A stretch of DNA of 64,000 nt. It comes from an uncultured Candidatus Saccharibacteria bacterium (GTDB lineage Bacteria; Patescibacteriota; Doudnabacteria; UBA920). Location of the stretch: contig CAZTCH010000005.1 in NCBI GenBank assembly GCA_964612745.1, positions 5,448 to 69,447 on the forward strand. The letters are read 5' to 3'. The notes below the pieces were generated by a model. That model was not told where the DNA came from. It saw only the letters and a program-made list of their open reading frames with translations, and ran no database searches. Positions 27,627 to 36,363 of the stretch are shown piece after piece (the first letter of the stretch is position 1; the number at the start of each line of letters is the position of its first letter). The position numbers and the translations under genes were made by a program.

Positions 27627-27788
27627 GACAGACCCCATTACATTTTAAGATAGGAGAAGTAAAATATAATTGCTTTGCTTGGAAAACCAAGCAATTCTCC
27701 CTAAAATGATTAGGATCGGTTAATTTACCCTCCGGTAAATTTTTTGTGGGTAGGGGGCCCTTGAAGAGCCCCTTTCCCGTTCTTAGTT

Positions 27789-28220
27789 TTAGGTTGCAAC
27801 AATGGCCGAAGCCGTGGCCAATACATATCCGGCATGAGCGTGGAAACCTGCCACGGTAGGCAAGATGACGTCGAAGTCACCTCTGCCACTGGTTATTTGC
27901 GCCACCGCTGCGCCTGCGTCTGCCATCGCCACATTCGCCGTTGCTGCATCCACCACAGTGCAATTTTCGAGGGTAGTAACAGCCGTCGTCATCACAGCAA
28001 ATTTTGCTGCAGGAGAGGTATCAACGGCGGTTGCCGCGGATACCAGGTTGATTTGATTTGTCGCCGGCATCGCTGAATTTTGGCAGGCAGCTTTTGCTAC
28101 GGCATACGTTGTTTGTTGGTCGTTCTGGGCAGCGTCAGTCTTTGCCAAAGCACTACCGGCAAAAGTCGTGACAACAGCCATCACTGCAAGTGCGAGGATC
28201 CAGCTTTTCATCTTTTTCAT
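27789..28220 (-). CDS. Secreted Ala/Thr/Val-rich hypothetical protein
   Basis: AAGGAG upstream; signal peptide MKKMKSWILALAVMAVVTTFAGSALA. Confidence 0.7.
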   Translation of the reverse strand: MKKMKSWILALAVMAVVTTFAGSALAKTDAAQNDQQTTYAVAKAACQNSAMPATNQINLVSAATAVDTSPAAKFAVMTTAVTTLENCTVVDAATANVAMADAGAAVAQITSGRGDFDVILPTVAGFHAHAGYVLATASAIVAT

Positions 28221-28584
28221 AGATGCAAAACTCCTTTTTCTGCAGAAGTTGACTTCCAACCCCACCCTTCAAATACAAGCAAGGAGGGAATGATTTGTCT
28301 ATACAGAGCAAAGCCCTGCAAGACAAAAGAGCAAATCTAAAGCTGGCCGAGCTAGCTTTAGATAAGAAAATAAACTTTTCACTACAAAACAGGGGTTACT
28401 TCTTCAAAAGAAGGGAGCAATTACAGCTCGTAACTTGAAATCGCAGATGAAAAATAAATTAACTTGCACGCATTGTATACCCGCTGGGAAAAACGTGCAA
28501 GGCTTTTCAATAGAACACAAATACCCCTTAAAATTGAGTGTTTAATTGTACATTTGTTATTTCCACAAAAGTTATCCACTGGAG

Positions 28585-28745
28585 GCATGCAAACATGTAA
28601 GCATTAGACCATGTAAATAAGAAGTACACAGCCCAAGCAGCCGTATTTTCCTGTTTTTATGCTTCCATGCTTACATGTTTCTGTGTTTTGATGTTTTAAT
28701 GTTTACATGCTTACATGCTTAAATGTTTTGATGTTTAGATGTTTC
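28585..28745. repeat. Octamer (CATGCTTA/CATGTTTA-like) inverted array
   Basis: gcatgcaaacatgtaagcatt... / catgcttacatgtttc...gatgtttagatgtttc. Relatives at about 26855-26890 and 42925-43030. Confidence 0.8.
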
Positions 28746-28798
28746 AAAAATGCTATACTAGGGGGAGGAATGGGATTATTAACTATATATAGAACACT

Positions 28799-29347
28799 AT
28801 GTGGGTATTTTTGATTATTTTGGCAGTAATAGTTATTGCTGCTGTTGGTTTGTACAATTCACTCATTCGCTCTCGCAACCGCGTGGACGAAGCATGGAGT
28901 GACATCGAAGTTCAGCTCAAGCGCCGCTATGACCTTATCCCAAACTTAGTAGAAACCGTGAAAGGTTTTGCTAAGCAAGAATCCAGTGTACTCGAAAACG
29001 TGACCAAAGCTCGCACCATGGCAATGAACGCTGGCACCTTAGAAGAAAAATTGAAAGATGAAAACATGCTTTCTGGTGCACTCAAGTCTTTGTTTGCAGT
29101 AAGCGAAAGCTACCCAGACTTGAAGAGCAACCAAAACTTCTTGCAAATGCAAGGCGACCTCCGCGAAACAGAAGACAAGATTCAAGCTTCCAGACGCTTT
29201 TACAACGGCACCGTCCGTGACTTCAACACAAAGCTCCAAGTCTTCCCTACTAACCTATTTGCTTCCATCCTTGGCTTTACAGCACGCACCTTCTTCGATA
29301 TAGACGAAAATGGGGTTGAGGGACAGAATGTCGCGGTAAAATTCTAA
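28799..29347 (+). CDS. lemA: LemA family protein
   Basis: AWSDIEVQLKRRYDLIPNLV, ESYPDLKSNQNF, RRFYN. Confidence 0.96.
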   Translation: MWVFLIILAVIVIAAVGLYNSLIRSRNRVDEAWSDIEVQLKRRYDLIPNLVETVKGFAKQESSVLENVTKARTMAMNAGTLEEKLKDENMLSGALKSLFAVSESYPDLKSNQNFLQMQGDLRETEDKIQASRRFYNGTVRDFNTKLQVFPTNLFASILGFTARTFFDIDENGVEGQNVAVKF

Positions 29348-29349
29348 AA

Positions 29350-29392
29350 TAGCACAGATACACAGATAAAACCGATTACTCAGATACCTACT
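29350..29392. repeat. Left CACAGAT arm of the GxxExxY cassette
   Basis: agcacagatacacagataaaaccgattactcagatac. Confidence 0.8.
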
Positions 29393-29761
29393 ATGGAAAT
29401 TCCACCAGAAGAATTTACTTATAAGGTTATACGAGCGGTGTACGATGTATACAATGAGCTCGGTTTTGGCTATCAAGAAAAATACTACTACCGAGCATTA
29501 AAGTTAAAATTTACCTCACTAGGCTTTTCAGTAGAAGAGCAATTGCTTACCAGGCTTATGTTTGAAGGCAAAAGCATCGGTCGGTATTATTTAGATTTTC
29601 TACTGAACGGCTGTTTAGTAGTAGAACTAAAAGTAGCAACACAGGTATACCAAAAACATATCAATCAAGTATTGGGCTACCTAAAAGCAAACAATCTAAA
29701 ACTGGGAATCCTTGCAGTATATACTTCCCATAAAGTTATAATTAAACGGGTCATCAATTGA
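29393..29761 (+). CDS. GxxExxY protein (PD-(D/E)XK-like)
   Basis: ELGFGYQEKYY, YYLDFL, VVELK, QVLGYLKA. Confidence 0.93.
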   Translation: MEIPPEEFTYKVIRAVYDVYNELGFGYQEKYYYRALKLKFTSLGFSVEEQLLTRLMFEGKSIGRYYLDFLLNGCLVVELKVATQVYQKHINQVLGYLKANNLKLGILAVYTSHKVIIKRVIN

Positions 29762-29798
29762 TTCGTGTTATCAGTGTAATCTGTGTATCTGTGGTTAT
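29762..29798. repeat. Right ATCTGTG arm of the GxxExxY cassette
   Basis: ttcgtgttatcagtgtaatctgtgtatctgtggttat; imperfect reverse complement of the left arm. Confidence 0.8.
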
Positions 29799-29844
29799 AT
29801 AAAATGCATTTAAATCATGCTCTTTTAGTGGTTCGTGGACAATT

Positions 29845-30744
29845 ATGATTACCTACACACACATATCGCAGAACAAACGTAACTCCGTACTGCTCATCCT
29901 TGGCTTTTTGCTGGTGATTACCGCACTTGGCTATGTGTTTAGCCGTGTCTACGACAATGCAGCAATCCTCTTTGTAGCAGTAGCATTTTCCAGTGTATCG
30001 GCAATCTTTTCCTACTACTTCTCCGACTCCATTACCCTTGCCATGTCCGGCGCCAAACAAGTAGACCGCAAGACTGCGCGCGACCTGTACAACCTTGTGG
30101 AGAACCTCACCATTGCCGCAGGGCTACCTATGCCACGAGTCTTTGTTATAGACGATACTGCCATAAATGCATTTGCGACCGGCAGAGACCCGAAGCACGC
30201 AGTTATTTGTGTAACAACTGGCTGCCTTTCAAGGCTTACCAAAGTAGAGCTGGAAGGCGTGCTTGCCCACGAACTTTCCCATATTGGCAATTACGACATC
30301 CGTTTTATGACGCTCGTAGTTGTTCTGGTTGGTGTGGTAACACTCCTTGCAGATTGGTTTATCCGCATTGGTTTGTGGGGCGGCAGAAAACGAGATGACC
30401 GCGAAGGTGGTGGACAAATATTTGCCATTGTTGGCATTGTACTTGCTATCCTCTCGCCAATCATTGCCACACTTATTCAATTTGCGGTTTCCAGACAACG
30501 CGAATATCTAGCAGATGCTTCCGGTGCGCTACTCACCCGCTACCCCGAAGGGCTCGCCAGCGCGCTTGAAAAAATTGCCGCCGACCAAGAACCGCTCGAA
30601 GCTGCAAACAAAGCAACTGCCCACTTATACATCGCAAACCCGCTCAAAAACCAGCACGATGGTATTGGTTGGTTTTCTGGCATGTTCAACACCCACCCAC
30701 CAGTTACCGAACGCATTAAACGCCTCCGCGAAATGAATCTGTAA
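29845..30744 (+). CDS. htpX: Zinc metalloprotease HtpX (M48)
   Basis: NAFATG, HELSH, SRQREYLAD, THPP. Confidence 0.96.
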   Translation: MITYTHISQNKRNSVLLILGFLLVITALGYVFSRVYDNAAILFVAVAFSSVSAIFSYYFSDSITLAMSGAKQVDRKTARDLYNLVENLTIAAGLPMPRVFVIDDTAINAFATGRDPKHAVICVTTGCLSRLTKVELEGVLAHELSHIGNYDIRFMTLVVVLVGVVTLLADWFIRIGLWGGRKRDDREGGGQIFAIVGIVLAILSPIIATLIQFAVSRQREYLADASGALLTRYPEGLASALEKIAADQEPLEAANKATAHLYIANPLKNQHDGIGWFSGMFNTHPPVTERIKRLREMNL

Positions 30745-30769
30745 GCACTGCCTTACTCTAGAGATTTAC

Positions 30770-30801
30770 AAAAACCCTGCACGCCGAACGCAGGGTTTTT
30801 T
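30770..30801. terminator. Bidirectional terminator between htpX and recX
   Basis: aaaaaccctgc...gcagggtttttt. Confidence 0.8.
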
Positions 30802-30803
30802 AT

Positions 30804-31292
30804 TTAGGAAGCAAGTGCAGCATGGATCGCAGCAGAGCGAAACCCACGCGCTTGAAGCTTACCGAGTATTTTTTGCTTGTCTGTAAAAACAAGTTCGGAA
30901 AATGACTCAATCGTATGACCAAATTTTTGTAATGCACGTACCACCGCTTGTTGTTCTTGCACAAGCCCAAAACCATCTTCTAACGCTTGTGTAATAATCG
31001 TGTTCGGAATGCGTTTTTGCAGCAGCTTGGCTTTGGCGTGGTGGAAGCCATACGATTTTACTTCTGCAAAACTCCTAACCAAACTTTCTGCATACCGTGC
31101 ATCATTTATATATCCCAGTTTCCGCACGTACTCTAAAGTCGACTCCACCACAGAAGCTACAAACCCTTTTTCTACCAACTTTTGTCGCAGCTCTGCTTCC
31201 GACTTCCAAGCAACCTGCAAAACCCGCAACACATACCCTTGCGCTACTACTTCCGATTCTGGTTGTTTTGTTCGTACAGTCTTTCCCCACAT
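30804..31292 (-). CDS. recX: Regulatory protein RecX
   Basis: KSEAELRQKL, GYINDARYA, LQARGF. Confidence 0.85.
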   Translation of the reverse strand: MWGKTVRTKQPESEVVAQGYVLRVLQVAWKSEAELRQKLVEKGFVASVVESTLEYVRKLGYINDARYAESLVRSFAEVKSYGFHHAKAKLLQKRIPNTIITQALEDGFGLVQEQQAVVRALQKFGHTIESFSELVFTDKQKILGKLQARGFRSAAIHAALAS

Positions 31293-31309
31293 ATACCAAT
31301 ACTATACAA

Positions 31310-31736
31310 TAACTAGTTCCTAGTAACTAGTCGCGAGTTGCGAGAAAAACAGAACAGTCGAACGTCTTCATGTCTTAAGGTCTTCACGCCAGATTGTGAG
31401 AAGCACCAAACAATTACAAGTTTAAGTCAAAAATCAAAACTCAAAAGTCAAAACTTCAAATCAAAACTTTAAACTTTAATGCAATTCAGTTTTGAGTTTA
31501 TAGTTGCAGTTTTGCGTTTTGATTTTTGACTTTATAGTTCTTTCTTATGCTGTGCTTGTGATTTGGAATTTCTTCTTGCTACCCCCTAATTCCTAACTCC
31601 TAATTCCCAGCATTTGAAAGCTCTGTCTACTCTCTATTCTCTACCCTCCCTCCTACGCTAAAGCTTCGGCGGACTCCGCTTTTCGAAGTCTCTCTAATTC
31701 TACTATTTCTTCTCACTCTTCTATTTCTTCTTTCCA
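31310..31736. repeat. Composite repeat cluster between recX and clpC
   Basis: Stacked ACTAG/ACGAG, GAAGAC, CAAAT, CAAAACT, CCTAATT, CTATTCT and CCGCCGAAGC modules. Confidence 0.85.
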
Positions 31737-31744
31737 CCCCTTTC

Positions 31745-31778
31745 TTGACAGTTATCACTCTCGTTGTTAGACTGACAA
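31745..31778 (+). promoter_or_regulatory. Sigma70 promoter overlapping a CIRCE-like (HrcA) operator for clpC
   Basis: TTGACA(31745)-N17-TAGACT. TTATCACTC-N9-GACTGACAA (31752-31778) against the CIRCE consensus TTAGCACTC-N9-GAGTGCTAA. Confidence 0.7.
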
Positions 31779-31840
31779 TACATACGTACCCTACCCCAAA
31801 AATATCTGCTGGTACTGTGGCACTATAATAGAAACACCTT

Positions 31841-34387
31841 ATGACAAACTTCAACTTTATTTTAGAACGCCTTTCATCGAGAGCGAAAAACGCCCTCATA
31901 GCTGCCCAGATAATTTCCGAAGAACAACTCTGTGACCATATTGGCACAGAGCATTTACTCTACGGTATTTATGCAGAAAAGAATTCTTTTGCTGCAGAAA
32001 TGCTTTCCCGCTCACAAGTCACTGCAGAAAAAATTAAAGCAGAGGTCTCCACACTAAACGCAAGCAATACTATCCCCGCTTGGAAGCCGATACTTTCAGA
32101 AAACCTGAAAACTGCCATAGAACGCGCTGCGATTGCTGCGAGTCAGTTTGGGTACCAATTTATTGGCACTGAACACTTGTTGTACGGCATTATTTCCTCC
32201 CCTGCCAACAAAGCAAAAACACTCCTGCAACAACTATCCATAGACAGCCACGAACTGGAGCACAGTTTGCTTGCGGTTTTTGAAAATATTTCTAAATTCC
32301 CCGAAGGGCAACAAAACGAAAACATGCCCAACAACCCAGCTATGGCGCAGCCTGGTGCACAACCCGCACGAGGCAACGTCCTAGAATTTTTCACTACCGA
32401 CCTTACCAAAAAAGCTGCAGCAGGAAAGATTGACCCCGTTATTGGCAGAAAAGCAGAAATCGAACGCATTACGTCCATATTGGCCAGACGAACCAAAAAT
32501 AACCCAGTTCTTATTGGCGAAGCAGGTGTAGGAAAAACTGCTATCGTGGAAGGACTTGCCCTTGCCATTAGCAAACGCGAAGTGCCAGATATTTTGCTAG
32601 ACAAAAAAATCTTAAGTCTCGACCTTGCGCTCGTAGTCGCTGGGTCCATGTTTCGTGGTGAGTTCGAAAACAGACTTAAGCAAATCTTGGACGAAGCCAA
32701 AGCAGACGAAGACATTATTCTGTTCATTGACGAACTCCACACCATGGTAGGCGCAGGCGCCACCCAAGGCAGCCTCGATGCAGCCAATATCCTAAAACCA
32801 GCACTCGCACGTGGCGAAGTCAGAGTTATTGGCGCCACCACGCTTGCAGAGTATAAAAAATATATTGAACACGACGCCGCACTCGAGCGACGATTTCAGT
32901 CAGTGCTCGTTGCCGAGCCAAGCAAAGCAGAAGCACTCGACATCTTACGTGGACTACGGCCAAACTACGAAGCACACCACAATCTGGAAATATCTGATGC
33001 AGCCCTGTCTGCTGCAGTCGAACTTTCTACTCGGTACATTCAAGACCACTTCTTGCCCGACAAAGCAGTCGACCTTATTGACGAGACCGCAGCATTTTTG
33101 CGCAGCCTGCATGAAAACTCAGCAGCGCTTCGCCAAAAAAAGAAAGTCGAAGCCGACCTCGCTACCTTAGAAGAAGAAAAGACCAAAGCAGTGTGGCAAG
33201 GCGATTTCGTGACAGCAGAGCACCTAAAAACCCAAGAGACACGCTTGCAAGAACAAATACAAAGCTTGGAAAAAGATATCACCGCGGAGCGCAAGAAACC
33301 AGTCCTCAAACTAACTGCAGAACACATCGCGCGCACTGTTTCTACCATTACAAAAATCCCTCTAGAGACTCTCTCCAAGACAGAAATTGGGCAACTGGCC
33401 ACCTTAGAAGAAACACTCAAGACACACGTGATTGGGCAAGATGAAGCAATTGGCGAAGTGGCCAAAGCAATTCGCAGAAGCAGAGCGGGACTGCACAACC
33501 CGCGCAGACCACTTGGCTCATTTATTTTCCTAGGACCAACTGGTGTTGGGAAAACTGAAACTGCCAAAGTTATTGCGCGCGAAGTCTTCCACGACGAATC
33601 TGCGCTCATTCGAGTAGACATGTCGGAATTCATGGAGCGCCACAATGTTGCCAGACTCATTGGTGCCCCTGCAGGTTATGTTGGGTACGAAGAAGGTGGT
33701 AGACTGACCGAATCTGTCCGCAGAAAGCCATATTCGGTTGTCCTATTCGACGAAATAGAAAAAGCGCATGGTGACGTGTTCAATATTCTGTTGCAAATTC
33801 TGGAAGATGGCATCCTGACCGATGCGCAAGGAAAAACAGTGTCATTCCGCAATACTATCATCATCATGACTTCCAACTTGGGCATGCAAGAGCTTACAAA
33901 CCAAGCAGTAAAGATTGGATTTGCAGACAAAGAAGAGCGCGGTACCAAAAACTCCCAAGTATCAGAACTCACCGAACAGTATGAATCTCTAAGAACTGGC
34001 GTACTCGCCCAAGTAAAAAAGCGTTTTAAACCAGAATTCGTAAATCGAATAGATAAAATTTTAGTATTCCGCCCACTCGGCATGGACGAACTCAAACGAG
34101 TAACCCAGCTCCAACTTATGGAAGTTGCCAAACGACTGAAAGAACGCCATATCAGTCTCAAGTACCCTGCGACGCTTGCGAAGTTCATTGCCGAGCAAAG
34201 CTTTGACCCTGCGCAAGGTGCACGATTCATTAGAAAAAACATAGAACGACTTGTAGAAGACCCTATTGCCGAAAAAATTATTCAATCGGGCATTCCCCCA
34301 AAGAGCACTGTAACCATAGAAGTGCGTGGCAATGCTTTGCGCTTTTCCGTAGAGAAAGCGCGCGTCCGCCAATTGGTAGCAGCATAA
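31841..34387 (+). CDS. clpC: ATP-dependent Clp protease ATP-binding subunit
   Basis: Two Clp_N repeats, GEAGVGKT, UVR-like coiled coil, GPTGVGKT; 848 aa. Confidence 0.93.
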   Translation: MTNFNFILERLSSRAKNALIAAQIISEEQLCDHIGTEHLLYGIYAEKNSFAAEMLSRSQVTAEKIKAEVSTLNASNTIPAWKPILSENLKTAIERAAIAASQFGYQFIGTEHLLYGIISSPANKAKTLLQQLSIDSHELEHSLLAVFENISKFPEGQQNENMPNNPAMAQPGAQPARGNVLEFFTTDLTKKAAAGKIDPVIGRKAEIERITSILARRTKNNPVLIGEAGVGKTAIVEGLALAISKREVPDILLDKKILSLDLALVVAGSMFRGEFENRLKQILDEAKADEDIILFIDELHTMVGAGATQGSLDAANILKPALARGEVRVIGATTLAEYKKYIEHDAALERRFQSVLVAEPSKAEALDILRGLRPNYEAHHNLEISDAALSAAVELSTRYIQDHFLPDKAVDLIDETAAFLRSLHENSAALRQKKKVEADLATLEEEKTKAVWQGDFVTAEHLKTQETRLQEQIQSLEKDITAERKKPVLKLTAEHIARTVSTITKIPLETLSKTEIGQLATLEETLKTHVIGQDEAIGEVAKAIRRSRAGLHNPRRPLGSFIFLGPTGVGKTETAKVIAREVFHDESALIRVDMSEFMERHNVARLIGAPAGYVGYEEGGRLTESVRRKPYSVVLFDEIEKAHGDVFNILLQILEDGILTDAQGKTVSFRNTIIIMTSNLGMQELTNQAVKIGFADKEERGTKNSQVSELTEQYESLRTGVLAQVKKRFKPEFVNRIDKILVFRPLGMDELKRVTQLQLMEVAKRLKERHISLKYPATLAKFIAEQSFDPAQGARFIRKNIERLVEDPIAEKIIQSGIPPKSTVTIEVRGNALRFSVEKARVRQLVAA

Positions 34388-34426
34388 ACACAAGAGCAGG
34401 CACAGCGCCTGCTCTTTTGCATACCC

Positions 34427-35131
34427 ATGAAGCAACTATTTCAAGACCTTTGCACCCTGTGTTTAAACGCCATACTCCCCGTTCGCTGTGTTGTCTGTAA
34501 GCAACAAGCCCCCGAAGCGCTGTGCGCGCAGTGTGTGGCAAAATGCGCCCCCGCAAGGCAACGATGCTTCGTCTGTCGCAAAAGTAGCCCCTTTGGGCTG
34601 ACGCACCCCACATGCACCACACGGACAAGCCCTGTGCAGTCACTCGCTTTGTTCGATTACGCCAATGCTGCAGTATCCGAAAGTATTATAATGGGTAAAT
34701 ACAACTTAATCCCCGACGTTTTTCGAGTACTCGGAAAACAGTGCGCCAGCCTGCACACCCTTGCAGTACACACTACAGAGTACGCCCTATGCCCTATCCC
34801 GCTACACCCCAGCAGACTTCGGTGGCGTGGCTTTAACCAATCAGCTCTCGTTGCCACTACCCTGGCAGAACAGTGGAATGTGCCGTACACACCAATCCTG
34901 AGACGCACCAAACGAACAACCCAACAAAAAAATTTAAACGCTCCCGCAAGAAAAGTGAATGTCGCAGACTGCTTTCAAGTCGACCCGAACGCCCCACTCC
35001 CCGCACCCACCACGCATATAGTGCTCATAGACGACGTCTCCACGACAGGGAATACTTTACACCAAGCAATCCGCGCCCTACAGGCAGCAGGGTTCCGCAC
35101 GATCTCCTGCCTCTGCATTGCCAATGAATAA
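34427..35131 (+). CDS. comF: ComF family protein (double zinc ribbon plus PRTase)
   Basis: CxxC clusters, RGFNQS, LIDDVSTTGNT. Confidence 0.9.
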   Translation: MKQLFQDLCTLCLNAILPVRCVVCKQQAPEALCAQCVAKCAPARQRCFVCRKSSPFGLTHPTCTTRTSPVQSLALFDYANAAVSESIIMGKYNLIPDVFRVLGKQCASLHTLAVHTTEYALCPIPLHPSRLRWRGFNQSALVATTLAEQWNVPYTPILRRTKRTTQQKNLNAPARKVNVADCFQVDPNAPLPAPTTHIVLIDDVSTTGNTLHQAIRALQAAGFRTISCLCIANE

Positions 35132-35158
35132 AAAATCACCCACGAATGGGTGATTTTT
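35130..35158. terminator. Bidirectional terminator
   Basis: aaaaaatcacccacgaatgggtgattttt between convergent genes. Confidence 0.8.
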
Positions 35159-35174
35159 ATTTTAGTACCGTGTA

Positions 35175-35657
35175 CTACTTCACGAAAGAGCCAATTTTGA
35201 AGCTTGCAAGAGCTGCTTCTGCTTGCGCTTGTCCGCCGTGCTGTTCGTTGAACTGCTTGCTACCATCAACACCACAGATTTTCGTAATAGCAGCTGGACC
35301 ACCAGGATGTTTTGCAATCCACGCAGTCAGATCGTACACACCGCTGTTCACTGCAGTCCAGCAGCTGGAACGAGAGTTGTGCGTAGCTACTTCAGCCATG
35401 GTATAGCTCGTTTTTGCTGTTGGGGTAGGAGTAGGAGTTGCTGTACCAACTGGAGTGGTAGTTGCCGTTGGAGTAGCAGTTACCGAAGGAGTGACAGAAG
35501 GGGTAGCAGTAGGAGCTGTATCGGTAGTAGTTGGTGTTGTGCTTTGCATGACTGTTTCAGTTTTGTCATCTGCGTCATTCATAGAGGCAACATATGCGCC
35601 TGCACCAACCAAAACTATTACCAATGCGACTATTCCGGCTATTACATTTTTAGACAT
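35175..35657 (-). CDS. Membrane-anchored cytochrome b5-like heme/steroid-binding protein
   Basis: YTMAEVATHN...CW...VYDLT...HPGG...FNEQH; TM and Thr/Pro linker. Confidence 0.9.
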   Translation of the reverse strand: MSKNVIAGIVALVIVLVGAGAYVASMNDADDKTETVMQSTTPTTTDTAPTATPSVTPSVTATPTATTTPVGTATPTPTPTAKTSYTMAEVATHNSRSSCWTAVNSGVYDLTAWIAKHPGGPAAITKICGVDGSKQFNEQHGGQAQAEAALASFKIGSFVK

Positions 35658-36124
35658 ACGATATATACATTAATAAATAACAATATGCTTATTATATCAA
35701 ACTGACCAAAAAAACCACCTCCTACAATCCCCACAGTAATAGACAGATGGTCGTAAAGTAGACGGCCGTCTATTTTACGACCACGGGGAAAATACATGCC
35801 AGATGTGACAGATGGTGCCCATCATTAAGCTACTCCCCCACAAGAGAAAAACGACTATACAAACGATAGTCGTTTTTCTAGAAGCGGAGAGGGGGGATTC
35901 GGTCACCCACGGTGGAACTTCAACTCCTCAAGAGTCGTTTCAGTTCACACCTAACGAATTCGCGATGAATGGAATTCATTTCCATTCAAGCTCGTGTCGA
36001 CCCCGTCGCTATTTCATGCTCCAAGTATTCGCAGTTCATCCCGATGTACATCGGGACGCTCTTTTCGAACCCCAGCTCTCCTTATTCCAGAAGAAGCATA
36101 GCTACGAAGTAACTATGCTTCTTC

Positions 36125-36214
36125 TGGCGGAGAGAGGGGGATTCGAACCCCCGGACGGCTTTCACCGTCAGCGGTTTAGCAAACCGCCGCACTAGGCCAC
36201 TATGCGACCTCTCC
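36125..36214 (-). tRNA. tRNA-Ser (GCT)
   Basis: Cloverleaf with long variable arm; anticodon arm gcggt-tt-GCT-aa-accgc; GTTCGAATC; encoded CCA. Confidence 0.96.
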
Positions 36215-36363
36215 AGAACGTATCAAGCCTATTTCGCTACCTAGATATGGTAGCTAAAAAACACCCTCGCGTCAAAGTGCGACCCACACCCCCACCATTG
36301 CAAATACCCACAAAAACTAGGTATACTGAGCAGTAGAAACTGCAGACAATAAGCCCAATCTCT

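Noticed and set aside
31627-31947. Short ORFs through repeat clusters (also 48827-49174, 45736-46011, 12244-12513)
   Set aside because: They are translations of repeat arrays (e.g. YSLFSTLYPL) that overlap real genes.
35812-36195. 127-aa ORF (also 38878-39315 and 42987-43199)
   Set aside because: These overlap tRNA genes on the opposite strand and are spurious.
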